Positions 32,083 through 45,240 of a stretch of 64,000 nucleotides of DNA are shown here, one piece after another. Under the pieces are notes generated by a model. It made no database searches. It was not told the origin of the DNA and was given only the letters and a program-made list of their open reading frames with translations. The translations under genes and the position numbers were made by a program. The stretch spans positions 2,054-66,053 of the forward strand of contig JAJZPE010000003.1 of NCBI GenBank assembly GCA_021811325.1, written 5' to 3'. The DNA is from Bacillota bacterium (GTDB lineage Bacteria > Bacillota > Sulfobacillia > JAJYWN01 > JAJZPE01). Numbering within the stretch: position 1 is the first letter of the stretch; each line of letters starts with the position of its first letter.

Positions 32083-34164
32083 ATGCCCAGGGAACACCCG
32101 CTTGAGAAGACCAGAAACATCGGCATCATGGCCCACATCGACGCCGGCAAGACGACGACCACCGAACGGATTCTGTTCTACACCGGCAGGGTCCACCGGA
32201 TGGGCGAAGTCCACGACGGCGCCGCCACCATGGACTGGATGGTCCAGGAACAAGAGCGCGGCATCACCATCACTTCCGCCGCGACGACCTGCTACTGGCG
32301 GGACCATCGAATCAACATTATAGACACACCAGGGCACGTTGACTTTACCGTCGAGGTCGAGCGCTCCCTGCGGGTGCTTGACGGGGCGGTGGCCATCTTC
32401 TGCGCCAAGGGCGGGGTCGAGCCGCAGTCCGAGACGGTTTGGCGGCAGGCCGACCGCTACAAGGTCCCGCGCATCGCCTACGTCAACAAGATGGACATCG
32501 TCGGGGCCGACTTCTTCCGGGTCCTCTCGATGATGAAGAGCCGCCTCAAGGCCAACCCGGTCCCGGTGCAGTTGCCCATCGGCAGCGAGGACACCTTCCG
32601 CGGGATCATCGACCTGGTCGCCGACAGGGCCATCTACTGGGTCGACGAACTCGGCACCCAGACCACCGAGGGAGCGGTCCCCGCCGAGCTCAAGGAGACC
32701 AAGCGGATGTACCGCGAGGCCTTGCTGGAAGCGGCGGCCGATTACGACGACACCCTAATGACCAAGTACCTCGAGGGCAAGCCGCTGTCGCCGGACGAGA
32801 TCCAGGCGGCCCTCCGCAAAGGGACCCTCGCCGGGAGCATCGTCCCGGTCCTGTGCGGCACGTCGTACCACAACAAGGGCGTCCAGCCCCTGATGAACGG
32901 AATCGTCGATTTCCTGCCCTCGCCTCTGGACGTCCCGCCGGTCATCGGTCAGCACCCGCGCAAAGAGACCGAGGAGGTCCGCCAGGCCAGCGACGAGCAG
33001 CCGTTCAGCGCCCTGGCCTTCAAGATCGCCACCGACCCCTACGTCGGGAAGCTGTGCTTCATCCGGGTCTACTCGGGGGTCCTGAAGAGCGGCACCTATG
33101 TCTACAACGCCTCCCGCGACCGCAAGGAGCGGGTCGGCCGGATTGTCCGGATGCACGCCAACCATCGCGAAGACGTCCAGGAGATCCGGACGGGGGACAT
33201 CGCCGCGGCCGTCGGCCTCAAGGACGTGACCACCGGCGACACCCTGTGCGATGAGAACCACCCGGTCGTCCTCGAACGGATGCAGTTTCCCGAGCCGGTC
33301 ATCGACGTCGCCATCGAACCCAAGACGAAGGCCGACGAGGACAAGATGACCATCTCCCTGATGAAGCTGTCCGAGGAGGACCCGACCTTCCGCTTCCGGA
33401 CCGACCAGGACACCGGGCAGACGATTATCTCCGGGATGGGCGAGTTGCACCTGGAGATCATCGTCGACCGCCTCCTCCGCGAGTTCAAGGTCGAGGCCAA
33501 CGTCGGGCGGCCGCAGGTCTCCTACAAAGAGACCATCCGCCAGAAGGCGAAGGCCGAAGGCCGTTTCGTCCGCCAGACCGGCGGCCGCGGGCAGTTCGGT
33601 CACGTCGAGATCGAGATCGAACCGCTCCCAGTGGAGCAGGTCTTCGAATTCGCGAACAAGACGGTCGGTGGGGTCGTCCCGAGGGAGTTCATTCCGGCCG
33701 TCGAGGCGGGCATCAAGGAAGCCATGCAATCAGGCGTCCTGGCCGGCTACCCGACCATCGGGGTCAAGGCCACCCTCCTGGACGGCACCTACCACGAGGT
33801 CGACTCGTCGGAAGTGGCCTTCAAGATCGCCGGTTCGCTGGCCTTCAAGAACGCGGCCGAAAGGGCCAAACCGGCCATCCTGGAACCGGTGATGAAGGTC
33901 GAGGCGGTCGTCCCCGAGGAGTACATGGGCGAGGTCATCAACGACCTCAACGCCCGCCGCGGGCGCATCGACATGATGGAGACCAGGTCCGGCGCCCAGG
34001 TCATCCGGGCCTTCGTGCCGCTCGCCCAGATGTTCGGTTACGCCACCGACCTCCGTTCCAAGACCCAGGGCCGGGGCGTGTACACGATGGAGTTCCACCG
34101 GTACGAGGAAGCCCCGAAGCCAATCTCGGAGACGGTCATCGCCCAGGCGACGGGCCGCGGTTGA
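32083..34164 (+). CDS. fusA: Elongation factor G
   Basis: GTPase G1 AHIDAGKTT, domains II-V conserved. Confidence 0.95.
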   Translation: MPREHPLEKTRNIGIMAHIDAGKTTTTERILFYTGRVHRMGEVHDGAATMDWMVQEQERGITITSAATTCYWRDHRINIIDTPGHVDFTVEVERSLRVLDGAVAIFCAKGGVEPQSETVWRQADRYKVPRIAYVNKMDIVGADFFRVLSMMKSRLKANPVPVQLPIGSEDTFRGIIDLVADRAIYWVDELGTQTTEGAVPAELKETKRMYREALLEAAADYDDTLMTKYLEGKPLSPDEIQAALRKGTLAGSIVPVLCGTSYHNKGVQPLMNGIVDFLPSPLDVPPVIGQHPRKETEEVRQASDEQPFSALAFKIATDPYVGKLCFIRVYSGVLKSGTYVYNASRDRKERVGRIVRMHANHREDVQEIRTGDIAAAVGLKDVTTGDTLCDENHPVVLERMQFPEPVIDVAIEPKTKADEDKMTISLMKLSEEDPTFRFRTDQDTGQTIISGMGELHLEIIVDRLLREFKVEANVGRPQVSYKETIRQKAKAEGRFVRQTGGRGQFGHVEIEIEPLPVEQVFEFANKTVGGVVPREFIPAVEAGIKEAMQSGVLAGYPTIGVKATLLDGTYHEVDSSEVAFKIAGSLAFKNAAERAKPAILEPVMKVEAVVPEEYMGEVINDLNARRGRIDMMETRSGAQVIRAFVPLAQMFGYATDLRSKTQGRGVYTMEFHRYEEAPKPISETVIAQATGRG

Positions 34165-34252
34165 GCCGGACTCCAGGGTCCGACAGGGCCCTTGTAATAC
34201 AGGTCTTCTCTTCCAAGATTCTTCTCGCCAGGAGAGTAAGGGAGGAAATCAA

Positions 34253-35455
<1,203 letters not shown>

Positions 35456-35572
35456 CCCGTTCCTAGTCTTGTAGGGTCAGGCGGGCGTCCCGGGTGTTGA
35501 CCCGGGAGCACCGGGCGCCTGGGCGCCCGCCGGGCCTTGATCTCAGAACCCCTTAACAGGAGGGGGAGCCAC

Positions 35573-35881
35573 ATGCCCGAACAGAAAATCCGCATTCGAC
35601 TGCGGGCTTTTGATCACAAGATCCTCGACCAGTCGGCCGAGAAGATCGTCCAGACGGCTCGGCGCACCGGCGCCGACGTGTCCGGACCGATCCCGCTGCC
35701 GACCGAGAAGAGCATCTACACCGTCCTGACCGCCCCCAACGGCGAGAAGGACATCCGCGAACAGTTCGAGATGCGCACCCACAAGCGCCTCATCGACATC
35801 CTCGAGCCCACCCCGAAGACCGTCGACGCCCTTATGAGGCTCGACCTGCCGGCCGGCGTGGACATCGAGATCAAGCTGTAG
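35573..35881 (+). CDS. rpsJ: 30S ribosomal protein S10 (ATG after AGGAGGGGGAG; ORF track frame starts at 35537)
   Basis: Conserved S10 sequence ([16 protein letters not shown]). Confidence 0.93.
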   Translation: MPEQKIRIRLRAFDHKILDQSAEKIVQTARRTGADVSGPIPLPTEKSIYTVLTAPNGEKDIREQFEMRTHKRLIDILEPTPKTVDALMRLDLPAGVDIEIKL

Positions 35882-35899
35882 GTCTAAGGTGGTGCGGCT

Positions 35900-36523
35900 A
35901 TGATTACCAAGGGGATCATCGGCCGGAAGGTCGGCATGACCCAGGTCTTCGACGAGGTGGGCCGGGTCATCCCGGTGACCGTCATCGAAGCCGGGCCATG
36001 CATCGTGGTCCGGAAGAAGACCCAGGACCGGGACGGCTACAACGCCATCCAGGTGGGCTTCGGTCAGGTCAAGGAAAAGAAGCTGACCAAGCCGCTCAAG
36101 GGTTACTTCGAGAAGCACAAGGTTCAGCCGCGGCGGCACCTCAAGGAGCTGCGCGTGTCGGACATCGATAAGTACCAGGTCGGCCAGGAACTCAAGGCCG
36201 ACATCTTCGCCGGCGGTGAGGTCGTCGACGTCACCGGAACCTCAAGAGGCCTGGGCTTCGCCGGCCCCATTCGGCGGCACGGCTTCGGGCGCGGGCCGAT
36301 GACCCACGGCTCGAAGTATCACCGCCGGGTCGGCTCGCTCCAGTCGAGGGCGGCAGCCCGCGTCTTTAAGGGCCGCCGCATGGCCGGCCGGCTGGGCGGG
36401 GACAGGGTGACCACGAAGAACGTCCGGGTCGTCAAGGTCGACCCCGAGAAGAACCTCATCCTCATCGGCGGTTCGGTCCCCGGCGCTACCGGCGCCCTGG
36501 TGACGATCAAGGAACGCGTCTGA
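35900..36523 (+). CDS. rplC: 50S ribosomal protein L3
   Basis: Conserved L3 sequence. Confidence 0.95.
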   Translation: MITKGIIGRKVGMTQVFDEVGRVIPVTVIEAGPCIVVRKKTQDRDGYNAIQVGFGQVKEKKLTKPLKGYFEKHKVQPRRHLKELRVSDIDKYQVGQELKADIFAGGEVVDVTGTSRGLGFAGPIRRHGFGRGPMTHGSKYHRRVGSLQSRAAARVFKGRRMAGRLGGDRVTTKNVRVVKVDPEKNLILIGGSVPGATGALVTIKERV

Positions 36524-36566
36524 GCGCTGAGCGCTCGTGCGCCGGTCAGAAAAGGGGGAGCTCGTC

Positions 36567-37196
36567 GTGCCCAAGGTCAAACTCTATGACATGAACGGCA
36601 AGGAAAAGGGCGAAGTCGAACTGTCCGACGCCGTCTTCGGGGCCGAGGTCAACGAGGCCCTGATGCACGACGTTGTTGTCATGTACCAGGCCAACCAGCG
36701 GCAGGGGACCTCGGCCACCAAGACCCGCGGCCTCGTCTCCGGCGGCGGCAAGAAGCCGTGGCGCCAGAAGGGCACCGGCCGAGCCCGCGCCGGCAGCACC
36801 CGGTCTCCGCTGTGGCGCAAGGGCGGGACCACCTTCGGGCCCGCGCCCCGCGAATACCGCTACACCATGCCGCGGCAGGCCCGCCGGGCGGCCCTCCGCT
36901 CGGCCCTCTCGGCCAAGGTCAAGGCCGGCGAGATCGTCCTCGTCGACCGCCTGGCCCTGGACGAAGCGAAGACCAAAGAGATGGTCCGCGTCCTCGGGAA
37001 CCTGCAGGCCGCCGATGGGGCCCTCGTCGTGACCGCTGCGGCCGACGAGACCCTGTCGCGCTCGTCGCGGAACATCCCCGGCGTGCACGCCGTCGGCGCC
37101 GCCGGACTCAATGTCTACTCCGTCCTGACCCATGACAAACTGGTCATGACCAAGGACGCGGCGGCCAAAGTCGAGGAGGCGCTGACCAATGGCTGA
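36567..37196 (+). CDS. rplD: 50S ribosomal protein L4 (GTG start after AAGGGGGAG; ORF track frame starts at 36537)
   Basis: Conserved L4 sequence. Confidence 0.93.
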   Translation: MPKVKLYDMNGKEKGEVELSDAVFGAEVNEALMHDVVVMYQANQRQGTSATKTRGLVSGGGKKPWRQKGTGRARAGSTRSPLWRKGGTTFGPAPREYRYTMPRQARRAALRSALSAKVKAGEIVLVDRLALDEAKTKEMVRVLGNLQAADGALVVTAAADETLSRSSRNIPGVHAVGAAGLNVYSVLTHDKLVMTKDAAAKVEEALTNG

Positions 37197-37476
37197 TGCC
37201 AGGGACATCATCATGGCCCCGATCGTCACTGAGAAGACCAACACGGCCATGGCCGGCGGCAAGTACTCCTTCTGGGTGGCCATGGACGCCAACCGGGCCG
37301 AGATCAAGCGGGCCGTCGAAGAGATCTTCAAGGTCAAGGTCAAGGATGTCAACACCCTGCGGCAGCTGGGCAAGGTCAAGCGGATGGGGGTCCACTCCGG
37401 ACGTACCTCTGCCCGCAAGAAGGCCGTGGTAACCCTCGAAGAGGGTCAGCGGATCCAGTTCTTCGAGGCCATGTAA
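37189..37476 (+). CDS. rplW: 50S ribosomal protein L23
   Basis: Conserved L23 sequence; start overlaps the rplD end. Confidence 0.95.
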   Translation: MADARDIIMAPIVTEKTNTAMAGGKYSFWVAMDANRAEIKRAVEEIFKVKVKDVNTLRQLGKVKRMGVHSGRTSARKKAVVTLEEGQRIQFFEAM

Positions 37477-37489
37477 GGAGTGAATCCCC

Positions 37490-38320
37490 ATGCCCATCAA
37501 GACCTTCAAACCGACCTCGGCCGGGCGTCGCTCGATGACCGTCTCGGACTTCTCCGAGGTCACCAAGAAGCAGCCTGAGAAGGCGCTCCTGCGGCATCTC
37601 AAGAAGTCCGCCGGGAAGAACATGTACGGCCGGAAGACCGTCCGCCACCGCGGCGGCGGGACCAGCCCGAAGCTCCGCGTCATCGACTTCGCGCGGCGCA
37701 AGGACGGCGTCCCGGCCAAGGTCGCGGCGATCGAGTACGACCCCAACCGGAACACCCGGATCGCCCTGCTCCAGTACGCCGACGGCGAGAAGCGCTACAT
37801 CATCGCCCCGGTCGGCCTGACGGTCGGGACCACGGTCATGTCTGGACCGGAGGCCGACATCAAGGTGGGGAACGCGCTTCCCCTCAGGAACATCCCCGTC
37901 GGCACGTTCATCCATAACATCGAGCTGCATCCCGGCCGGGGCGGCCAGCTGGTCCGCTCGGCCGGCGCCCAGGCCCAGTTGATGGCCAAGGAGAACGAGA
38001 TGGCCAACATCAGGATGCCGTCGGGCGAGATGCGTTTCGTCCCCGTCGACTGCCGGGCCACCGTCGGTCAGGCCGGGAACGTCGAGTTCGAGAACATCAC
38101 CATCGGCAAGGCCGGCCGGTCGCGCTGGCTGGGCAAGCGCCCGGCCGTCCGCGGCGTCGTCATGAACCCGGTCGACCACGCCCACGGCGGTGGCGAAGGC
38201 AAGTCGCCCATCGGGCGCCAGCCGACCACCCCCTGGGGCAAGCCGGCCATGGGCGTCAAGACCCGTTCACGGAAAAAGTACTCCGACAAGTACATCCTGA
38301 AGCGCCGCGGCAGCAAGTAA
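37490..38320 (+). CDS. rplB: 50S ribosomal protein L2
   Basis: Conserved L2 sequence. Confidence 0.95.
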   Translation: MPIKTFKPTSAGRRSMTVSDFSEVTKKQPEKALLRHLKKSAGKNMYGRKTVRHRGGGTSPKLRVIDFARRKDGVPAKVAAIEYDPNRNTRIALLQYADGEKRYIIAPVGLTVGTTVMSGPEADIKVGNALPLRNIPVGTFIHNIELHPGRGGQLVRSAGAQAQLMAKENEMANIRMPSGEMRFVPVDCRATVGQAGNVEFENITIGKAGRSRWLGKRPAVRGVVMNPVDHAHGGGEGKSPIGRQPTTPWGKPAMGVKTRSRKKYSDKYILKRRGSK

Positions 38321-38374
38321 GAGCGCTTCGCCGGCCCGGCTCGGGTCCGGGTCCGAATGAAGGAGGCTTCATAG

Positions 38375-38659
38375 ATGGGACGTTCGACGAAGAAAGGGCC
38401 GTACGTGGACCAGAGTCTGATGAAGAAGATCCTGGCCATGAACGAGAAGAACGAGAAGAAGCTCGTCAAGACCTGGGCTCGGGACTGCACGGTGATGCCC
38501 GATATGGTCGGACATAACATCGCTGTTTACGACGGCCGCAAGCATGTCCCCGTGTACATCACCGAGGAGATGGTCGGGCACAAGCTCGGCGAGTTCGCCC
38601 CGACGCGGACGTTCCGCGGCCACAGTGCCCACACCGAAAGGTCGACGGCCCTCAAGTAG
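38375..38659 (+). CDS. rpsS: 30S ribosomal protein S19
   Basis: Conserved S19 sequence. Confidence 0.95.
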   Translation: MGRSTKKGPYVDQSLMKKILAMNEKNEKKLVKTWARDCTVMPDMVGHNIAVYDGRKHVPVYITEEMVGHKLGEFAPTRTFRGHSAHTERSTALK

Positions 38660-38694
38660 GCCGAGAAGCCCAGAGGATTAAGGGGGTCATCGAC

Positions 38695-39309
38695 ATGGAA
38701 GCAGCACGTGCCGTAGCCAAATACATCCGCATCGCCCCACGTAAGGTGAGGGTGGTCGCGGACTTGATCCGGGGCAAGTCGGTCGACGAGGCCCTGGCCA
38801 TCCTGAGGTACACGCCGAAGATCGCGTCGGAACTCCTCGAGAAGGTGGTCCAGTCGGCGGCCGCCAACGCCACCCACAACTACGAGATGGACCGGGACAG
38901 CCTGTACATCTCCGCGGCCTACGTGGACGTGGGCCCGACCCTGAAGCGCTTCCAGCCGCGCCAGCGCGGTCAGGCTTTCTCGATCAAGAAACGGACCAGC
39001 CACATCACCGTGGTGGTCAGCCAGCGCGCCGGCGGCGAGAAAGAGGAGCAGCCGCGCGGACGGAGGTTCTTCCGCCGGCCGGGCGTCCGCCCGGGCAAGC
39101 CGGCCGAAGGGGCCGCCGCGCCGGCCGCTGAGGGCGAAGAGGCCGCGAAGCCGAAGGCCAAGGAGACGGCCAAGGCCAAGCCGGCGCAGAAGCCCGCGGC
39201 CCGGGCGCCGAAGAAGGCTCCGGTGAAGAAGGCGGCGGCGCCGGCCAAAAAGACGGTGGCGAAGCCGAAGACCGAGAAGAAGACCGGTCGCCAGGGGAAG
39301 GGTGAGTAA
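38695..39309 (+). CDS. rplV: 50S ribosomal protein L22 with roughly 90-aa Lys/Ala/Pro-rich C-terminal extension
   Basis: L22 core of about 115 aa followed by a basic AKP tail ([36 protein letters not shown]...). 204 aa total. Confidence 0.93.
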   Translation: MEAARAVAKYIRIAPRKVRVVADLIRGKSVDEALAILRYTPKIASELLEKVVQSAAANATHNYEMDRDSLYISAAYVDVGPTLKRFQPRQRGQAFSIKKRTSHITVVVSQRAGGEKEEQPRGRRFFRRPGVRPGKPAEGAAAPAAEGEEAAKPKAKETAKAKPAQKPAARAPKKAPVKKAAAPAKKTVAKPKTEKKTGRQGKGE

Positions 39310-39311
39310 CG

Positions 39312-39977
39312 ATGGGTCAGAAAGTCCACCCCAAAGGGCTGCGGATCGGAATCGTCAAGGACTGGGACTCCAAGTGGTACGCGGGTAAGAAGACTTACAC
39401 CGACCTGCTCCACGAGGATTTTCGGATCCGCCAGATGGTCCAGAAGAGACTGGCCAACGCCTCGATTTCGCGCGTCGAGATCGAGCGGGCGGCCAATCGG
39501 ATCAAGATCACCATCCACACCGGCAAGCCCGGCATGGTCATCGGCAAGGGCGGGGCGGGCGTCGAAGCCCTCCGCAAGAGCCTGGAGGCCCAGACCGGCA
39601 AACCGGTGGCGGTCAACATCATCGAGATAAAGACGCCGGAGCTCGACGCCAAGCTCGTCGCCGAGAGCGTGGCCTCCCAGCTGGTACGGCGGATCGGTTT
39701 CCGCCGGGCGATGAAGCAGGCTATCCAGCGGACCATGCGGCTCGGGGCCAAGGGCGTCAGGATCCGCGTCAGCGGCCGCCTGGGCGGGGCTGAGATGGGC
39801 CGCACTGAGCAGGCCCGCGAAGGCACCGTGCCCCTCCACACCCTGCGTGCCGACATCGACTACGGCCTGGCCGAGGCCCGGACGACCTACGGCCAGATCG
39901 GGGTCAAGGTCTGGATTTACAAGGGCGAGGTCCTTCCGCAGAGCGTCAGGCCGGCCATCGTCGAAGGGAGGGCCTGA
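39312..39977 (+). CDS. rpsC: 30S ribosomal protein S3
   Basis: KH domain plus S3 C-terminal domain. Confidence 0.95.
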   Translation: MGQKVHPKGLRIGIVKDWDSKWYAGKKTYTDLLHEDFRIRQMVQKRLANASISRVEIERAANRIKITIHTGKPGMVIGKGGAGVEALRKSLEAQTGKPVAVNIIEIKTPELDAKLVAESVASQLVRRIGFRRAMKQAIQRTMRLGAKGVRIRVSGRLGGAEMGRTEQAREGTVPLHTLRADIDYGLAEARTTYGQIGVKVWIYKGEVLPQSVRPAIVEGRA

Positions 39978-39982
39978 GCCAG

Positions 39983-40420
39983 ATGTTGATGCCGAAGAGG
40001 GTCAAGTTCCGCAAGCAACAGCGCGGCCGGATGAGTGGCCTAGCCTACCGGGGCTCGGAGATCACCTACGGCGAGTATGGCCTGCAGGCCATGGAGGCGG
40101 CGTGGGTCACCGACCGACAGATCGAGGCGGCCCGCGTGGCCTTGACCCGTTATATCAAGCGCGGCGGCAAAGTTTGGATCAAGATCTTTCCCGACAAGCC
40201 CGTCACCAAGAAGCCCGCTGAGACCCGTATGGGCAGCGGCAAGGGCGCCCCGGAGTTCTGGGTCGCGGTGATCAAGCCGGGCCGGGTCATGTTCGAACTG
40301 GCCGGCGTCACCGAAGAGTTGGCCCGCGAAGCGATGCGGCTGGCCGCCCACAAGCTGCCGATCAAGACCAAGTTCGTGAAACGGACAGAAGCAGGTGGTG
40401 AAGAGGCTCATGAAGGCTGA
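39983..40420 (+). CDS. rplP: 50S ribosomal protein L16
   Basis: [17 protein letters not shown]. Confidence 0.95.
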   Translation: MLMPKRVKFRKQQRGRMSGLAYRGSEITYGEYGLQAMEAAWVTDRQIEAARVALTRYIKRGGKVWIKIFPDKPVTKKPAETRMGSGKGAPEFWVAVIKPGRVMFELAGVTEELAREAMRLAAHKLPIKTKFVKRTEAGGEEAHEG

Positions 40421-40616
40421 GGAAGTCCGCGAACTGGAAGACGACGAGCTCGAAAAGAGGCTGGACAGTTTGAAGGGTGAGCTCTTCAACCTGAGGTTCC
40501 AACTGGCTACCGGGCAACTCGACAACCCCATGCGGATCAGGGAAGTCCGGAAGACCATCGCGCGGGTCAAGACCATCCAGCGGGAGCGCGAGCTGAAAGC
40601 GAAGGGCAAGGCCTGA
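40410..40616 (+). CDS. rpmC: 50S ribosomal protein L29 (ATG at 40410 overlapping the rplP end; ORF track frame starts at 40395)
   Basis: [37 protein letters not shown]. Confidence 0.9.
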   Translation: MKAEEVRELEDDELEKRLDSLKGELFNLRFQLATGQLDNPMRIREVRKTIARVKTIQRERELKAKGKA

Positions 40617-40672
40617 CAGCCGGGCAAGGCTGAGGGCACTGCCGGGTTAACCGTGGAAGGAGGCCGTCAGGG

Positions 40673-40942
40673 TTGGCCGAAGGTAACGAGGCCCGTGGGG
40701 CCAGGAAGACCAGAGTTGGCACCGTGGTCAGCGACAAGATGGATAAGACGGTGGTCGTCGCCGTCGAGCGCCTGACCCAACATCCGCTATACAAGCGCCG
40801 CCTCGAGCGGACCACGAAGTTCAAGGCTCACGATGAGAAGAACGAGGCTCACGTGGGCGACCGGGTCAAGATCATGGAAACCCGGCCTCTGTCCCGCGAC
40901 AAGCGGTGGCGGATCGTGGAGATCGTCGAGAAGGCGAAGTAG
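40673..40942 (+). CDS. rpsQ: 30S ribosomal protein S17 (TTG start)
   Basis: Conserved S17 sequence ([18 protein letters not shown]). Confidence 0.93.
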   Translation: MAEGNEARGARKTRVGTVVSDKMDKTVVVAVERLTQHPLYKRRLERTTKFKAHDEKNEAHVGDRVKIMETRPLSRDKRWRIVEIVEKAK

Positions 40943-40954
40943 GAGGAGATCGAC

Positions 40955-41323
40955 ATGATCCAGCCGCGGAGCCGGCTGACGGTGGCCGACAACACGGGGG
41001 CTAAGGAGATCGCCTGCATCCTCGTGTTGGGTGGCTCGAGGCGGAGATACGCTCACGTCGGCGACATCATCGTGGCCTCGGTCAAGGAAGCCGCCCCGGG
41101 CGGCGTGGTCAAGAAGGGCGAGGTCGTCAAGGCCGTCATCGTCCGCTCCAGGAGCGGCGTGCGCCGAGAGGACGGCTCATACATCAAGTTCGACGAGAAC
41201 GCTGCGGTCATCATCAAGGACGATAAGGAGCCCCGGGGCACGCGTATCTTTGGGCCCGTGGCCCGCGAGCTTCGCGAGAGGGAGTTCATGAAGATCATCT
41301 CGCTGGCTCCGGAAGTCCTCTAA
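40955..41323 (+). CDS. rplN: 50S ribosomal protein L14
   Basis: [18 protein letters not shown]. Confidence 0.95.
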   Translation: MIQPRSRLTVADNTGAKEIACILVLGGSRRRYAHVGDIIVASVKEAAPGGVVKKGEVVKAVIVRSRSGVRREDGSYIKFDENAAVIIKDDKEPRGTRIFGPVARELREREFMKIISLAPEVL

Positions 41324-41338
41324 AGGAGGGACGGAGAA

Positions 41339-41668
41339 ATGGCCCTGAACAAGGTCCACGTCCGCAAGGGCGACACCGTCTTGATCATCTCCGGGAAGGA
41401 CAAGGGCAAGCGGGGCAAGGTCGTCAACGTCCTGCCGGATAAGAACAAGGTTGTCGTCGAATCGGTCAACGTTGCCAAGAAGCACCAGAAGCCGACGGGT
41501 AAAGTGATGCAGGGTGGCATCGTCGACAAAGAGATGCCCCTCGCCGCTTCCGACGTCATGCTGGTCTGCCCGAAGTGCAACGAGCCCACCAGACTCGGCA
41601 GCAAGGTCCTGGAGACGGGGCAATCGGTCAGGTTGTGCAAGCATTGCGGAGAGACCATCGATCGGTAA
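41339..41668 (+). CDS. rplX: 50S ribosomal protein L24 with C-terminal CxxC...CxxC zinc ribbon
   Basis: KOW motif ([19 protein letters not shown]). C-terminal [29 protein letters not shown]. Confidence 0.93.
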   Translation: MALNKVHVRKGDTVLIISGKDKGKRGKVVNVLPDKNKVVVESVNVAKKHQKPTGKVMQGGIVDKEMPLAASDVMLVCPKCNEPTRLGSKVLETGQSVRLCKHCGETIDR

Positions 41669-41812
41669 GCCGGCCCGCCTCGGCGGGTTGAGGTGACAAG
41701 CGAGCGCCTCCGGTGAGGAGCTGAGTTTCCCGGACGGCCGCCTTTCGGGGGAAACGCGGCGCTGCGGGGAGCGAAACCCCTAAAGTGACGGGGGGCGCGG
41801 GGAGGAATCAAT

Positions 41813-42352
41813 TTGGAGAGGCTCAGAGACCGTTACCGCAAGGAGATCGCCCCGGCGCTCAAGGAGCGCTTCGGCTACGGTAACGTGATGGAAGTCCCCC
41901 GGCTCGAGAAGATCGTCGTGAACATGGGTGTCGGCGACGCGGTCCAAAACGCCAAGGCTATGGACGCCGCGGTCTCGGAGTTGGGCATAATCACCGGCCA
42001 GCGGCCGGTGGTGACCAAGGCGAAGAAGTCCATCGCCAACTTCAAGATCCGCAAGGGAATGCCCATTGGCTGCGCCGTCACCCTGCGGGGAGAGAAAATG
42101 TACGACTTCCTGGACCGCCTGGCCAACATCGCCCTGCCGCGGGTCCGCGACTTCCGCGGGGTCTCCTCGAAGGGCTTCGACGGCCGCGGGAACTACACCC
42201 TCGGCATCAAGGAACAGCTCATCTTCCCGGAAGTCGATTACGATAAGGTCGAGAAAGTCCGGGGCATGGACATCACCATCGTCACCACGGCCAAGACCGA
42301 CGAGGAAGCTAAAGGTCTGCTGGCCATGGCGGGAATGCCCTTCAGGGACTAA
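41813..42352 (+). CDS. rplE: 50S ribosomal protein L5 (TTG start)
   Basis: Conserved L5 sequence. Confidence 0.93.
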   Translation: MERLRDRYRKEIAPALKERFGYGNVMEVPRLEKIVVNMGVGDAVQNAKAMDAAVSELGIITGQRPVVTKAKKSIANFKIRKGMPIGCAVTLRGEKMYDFLDRLANIALPRVRDFRGVSSKGFDGRGNYTLGIKEQLIFPEVDYDKVEKVRGMDITIVTTAKTDEEAKGLLAMAGMPFRD

Positions 42353-42364
42353 GGAGGCTGGGTC

Positions 42365-42559
42365 ATGGCGAAGAAGTCGCAGTATAACAAGTGGATGCGG
42401 CTCAAGGCAAACCCTAAGTTCAAAACGCGGGTCTACAACCGCTGCCGCATCTGCGGCCGGACCCATGGCTATATCGGCAAGTTCGGACTTTGCCGGATGT
42501 GCTTCCGCGAACTGGCCCACCGCGGCGAGGTCCCCGGGGTCACGAAGTCCAGCTGGTAA
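42365..42559 (+). CDS. rpsZ: 30S ribosomal protein S14 type Z (zinc-binding, 64 aa)
   Basis: [20 protein letters not shown]. Confidence 0.93.
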   Translation: MAKKSQYNKWMRLKANPKFKTRVYNRCRICGRTHGYIGKFGLCRMCFRELAHRGEVPGVTKSSW

Positions 42560-42600
42560 CTCGCTGGGGCGCGACCTGGCAAGCTAAGGAGGTATGACCG

Positions 42601-42999
42601 ATGGCAATGACAGATCCCATTGCCGATATGCTCACCCGGATCAGGAACGCCAACCTGGTCAACCATGAGAAGATCGATATCCCCGCCTCCAGGGTGAAGA
42701 GGGACATCGCTCAACTCCTGAAGGACGAGGGTTATATCCGCGACTTCGAGTTCATCAACGACGGTCGCCAAGGGACCCTGCGTCTCTACCTCAAGTACGG
42801 CGCGAACAAGGAAAAGGTCATCACCGGTCTGAAGCGGATCTCCCGCCCGGGCCTGCGGGTTTACGTGAAGCGCGACGAGGTCCCCAAGGTCCTCGGCGGG
42901 CTTGGCGTCGCCGTCCTCTCAACGCCCTTGGGCGTCGTCAGCGACAAGGTCGCCCGGGCCAAGGGTGTGGGCGGCGAAGTCATCTGCTACGTGTGGTAA
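42601..42999 (+). CDS. rpsH: 30S ribosomal protein S8
   Basis: [17 protein letters not shown]. Confidence 0.95.
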   Translation: MAMTDPIADMLTRIRNANLVNHEKIDIPASRVKRDIAQLLKDEGYIRDFEFINDGRQGTLRLYLKYGANKEKVITGLKRISRPGLRVYVKRDEVPKVLGGLGVAVLSTPLGVVSDKVARAKGVGGEVICYVW

Positions 43000-43014
43000 G
43001 GGGGCTTTTGACCA

Positions 43015-43554
43015 ATGTCGAGAGTCGGTAAGATGCCGGTCAAGATCCCGGCTGGGGTCGAGGTGGCCATCGACGGGAGCCTGGTCACGGTCAAGGGCCC
43101 CAAGGGCGAACTGAAGCGGACTTTTCACCGCGACATGAGAATCAGCCGAGAGGGCGACGCCGTCGTCGTCTCCCGGCCTTCCGACGAGCGTGAGCACCGC
43201 GCCTTGCACGGCCTGACCCGGACCCTCATCTTCAACATGGTCGAGGGGGTCACCAAGGGCTACGAGAGGGCGCTCCAAATCGAAGGCACCGGCTACCGCG
43301 CCGTCAAGAGCGGCCACAAGCTGACCTTGACCCTGGGATTCTCCCATCCGGTCGAGGTCGAGCCGCCGCCCGGAATCCAGTTCGAGGTGCCCAACCCCGC
43401 CGTCATCATCGTCCGCGGCAGCGACAAGGAAATGGTCGGGGAGACGGCGGCCAAGATCCGGGCCATCCGTGAGCCCGAGCCATACAAGGGCAAGGGCGTC
43501 CGGTATCAGGGTGAACGCGTCAGGCACAAGGCCGGCAAGGCCGGGAAGAAGTAG
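43015..43554 (+). CDS. rplF: 50S ribosomal protein L6
   Basis: [17 protein letters not shown]. Confidence 0.95.
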   Translation: MSRVGKMPVKIPAGVEVAIDGSLVTVKGPKGELKRTFHRDMRISREGDAVVVSRPSDEREHRALHGLTRTLIFNMVEGVTKGYERALQIEGTGYRAVKSGHKLTLTLGFSHPVEVEPPPGIQFEVPNPAVIIVRGSDKEMVGETAAKIRAIREPEPYKGKGVRYQGERVRHKAGKAGKK

Positions 43555-43566
43555 GGGTGACCGACG

Positions 43567-43935
43567 GTGTTGAAGAAGAAGGACCGCAAAATTTCCAGAC
43601 TAAAGAGGCACCGCCGGGTGCGGAAGAACGTCGCCGGCACCCTGGAGCGGCCGCGCCTCAGCGTCTATCGTTCTCTGAGCCACATCTACGCCCAATTGAT
43701 CGACGATGAGGACGGGCGGACCATCTTGGCCGCCTCGAGCCTCGACCCCGAGGTCCGGGCCAAGCTCAAGACGGGCGGCAACAAGGACGCGGCCAAGGCG
43801 GTCGGTGAACTGGTTGCCAAACGGGCCCTGGACAAGGGGATCAAGAAGATCGTCTTCGACCGGGGCGGGTTCATCTATCACGGCCGGGTGGCCGCCCTGG
43901 CGGCCGGCGCCCGTGAGGCCGGTCTGGAATTCTAG
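43567..43935 (+). CDS. rplR: 50S ribosomal protein L18 (GTG start)
   Basis: [20 protein letters not shown]. Confidence 0.93.
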   Translation: MLKKKDRKISRLKRHRRVRKNVAGTLERPRLSVYRSLSHIYAQLIDDEDGRTILAASSLDPEVRAKLKTGGNKDAAKAVGELVAKRALDKGIKKIVFDRGGFIYHGRVAALAAGAREAGLEF

Positions 43936-43950
43936 GTGGGGGGTAAAGGA

Positions 43951-44571
43951 ATGGCCTTCAGGAATCAATCCCCGCGTGGGAATCGCCCGGGTGGTCAGGG
44001 TGGACCGGGTGCTCAGGGCGGCCAGGGTGGACCGAGAGACCGTCGCGGCGGTCGTGACCGCCGTGACCGGAGGGACCGCCAAGAGCCCGAGAGCGAGTTT
44101 AAAGAAAAGGTCGTCCACGTAGCCCGCGTGGCCAAGGTCGTCAAGGGTGGCCGGCGCTTCTCTTTCAGCGCGCTGGTCGTCATCGGCGACGAGAATGGCC
44201 GAGTCGGCTGCGGTCTCGGGAAGGCCGCCGAGGTGCCCGAGGCCATCCGCAAGGGCATCGAGGACGCCAAGAAGAACCTGATCGTCTGCCCGCGCGTGGG
44301 GACCACCATCCCCCACGAGGCGCTGGGCGAGTTCGGGGCCGGCAGGGTCCTGTTGAAGCCCGCCTCGGAAGGCACGGGCGTCATCGCCGGCGGCCCGGTT
44401 CGCGCCGTCATGGAGCTGGCTGGGGTCCGCGACATCCTGACCAAGTCGCTGGGTTCAGCCAACCCGAACAACGTGGTCTACGCGACCATGAACGCCATCG
44501 GGCAACTGAAGCAGGCCGCCGATGTGGCTAAACTCCGCGGCCGGACGGTAGAGGAAATGATGCAGGCCTGA
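43951..44571 (+). CDS. rpsE: 30S ribosomal protein S5 with Gly/Arg-rich N-terminal extension (ORF track frame starts at 43936)
   Basis: S5 dsRBD core after a roughly 45-aa RGG/RDR-rich N-terminus ([30 protein letters not shown]). Confidence 0.92.
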   Translation: MAFRNQSPRGNRPGGQGGPGAQGGQGGPRDRRGGRDRRDRRDRQEPESEFKEKVVHVARVAKVVKGGRRFSFSALVVIGDENGRVGCGLGKAAEVPEAIRKGIEDAKKNLIVCPRVGTTIPHEALGEFGAGRVLLKPASEGTGVIAGGPVRAVMELAGVRDILTKSLGSANPNNVVYATMNAIGQLKQAADVAKLRGRTVEEMMQA

Positions 44572-44608
44572 TTGCGGGGGCCTCGTCGTCTTCAGGGAGG
44601 GACCCTTC

Positions 44609-44800
44609 GTGGGCAACAAACTGCGCATCACGCTGGTCAGAAGCTTAGCCGGACGGCCCCAGGAACAGCGGGTCGTCGTCCGGACGCTCGGCCTGCGCAA
44701 GCTGAACGACCAGGTGGTCCAGGACGATACCCCGTCCATTCGCGGGATGGTCCATAGGGTCATCCACTTGGTCAAGGTTGAGGAGGTCGGCCGGGCATGA
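44609..44800 (+). CDS. rpmD: 50S ribosomal protein L30 (GTG start)
   Basis: [28 protein letters not shown]. Confidence 0.93.
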   Translation: MGNKLRITLVRSLAGRPQEQRVVVRTLGLRKLNDQVVQDDTPSIRGMVHRVIHLVKVEEVGRA

Positions 44801-45240
44801 AATTGCACGAACTCCAGCCCGCCCTGGGGGCGAGGACGAAGCGTCGCCGCGTTGGACGCGGCATCGGTTCGGGCCTCGGCAAGACCTCGGGCAAGGGCCA
44901 CAAGGGCCAGAAGGCGCGCGCCGGCGGCGGTGTCCGTCCCGGCTTCGAAGGCGGCCAGATGCCCCTGCAGCGCCGGCTGCCCAAGCGCGGCTTCACCAAC
45001 GGCCCGTTCAAGAAGGAATACGTCGAGATCAACCTCCGGGACCTGGCCGGCTTCGAGCCGAACACCGAGGTCACGGCGGAGTTGCTCAAAGAAAAGCGGA
45101 TCATCAGGAAGATCGGAGACGGACTGGCCGTCCTCGGGGACGGGGCGATCGACAAGCCGCTCACCGTGAAGGCCCATAAGTTCTCGGCGTCGGCCAGGGC
45201 CAAGATCGAGGCGGCCGGCGGAAAAGCAGAGGTGATCTAG
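44797..45240 (+). CDS. rplO: 50S ribosomal protein L15
   Basis: Conserved L15 sequence; overlaps the rpmD stop. Confidence 0.95.
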   Translation: MKLHELQPALGARTKRRRVGRGIGSGLGKTSGKGHKGQKARAGGGVRPGFEGGQMPLQRRLPKRGFTNGPFKKEYVEINLRDLAGFEPNTEVTAELLKEKRIIRKIGDGLAVLGDGAIDKPLTVKAHKFSASARAKIEAAGGKAEVI

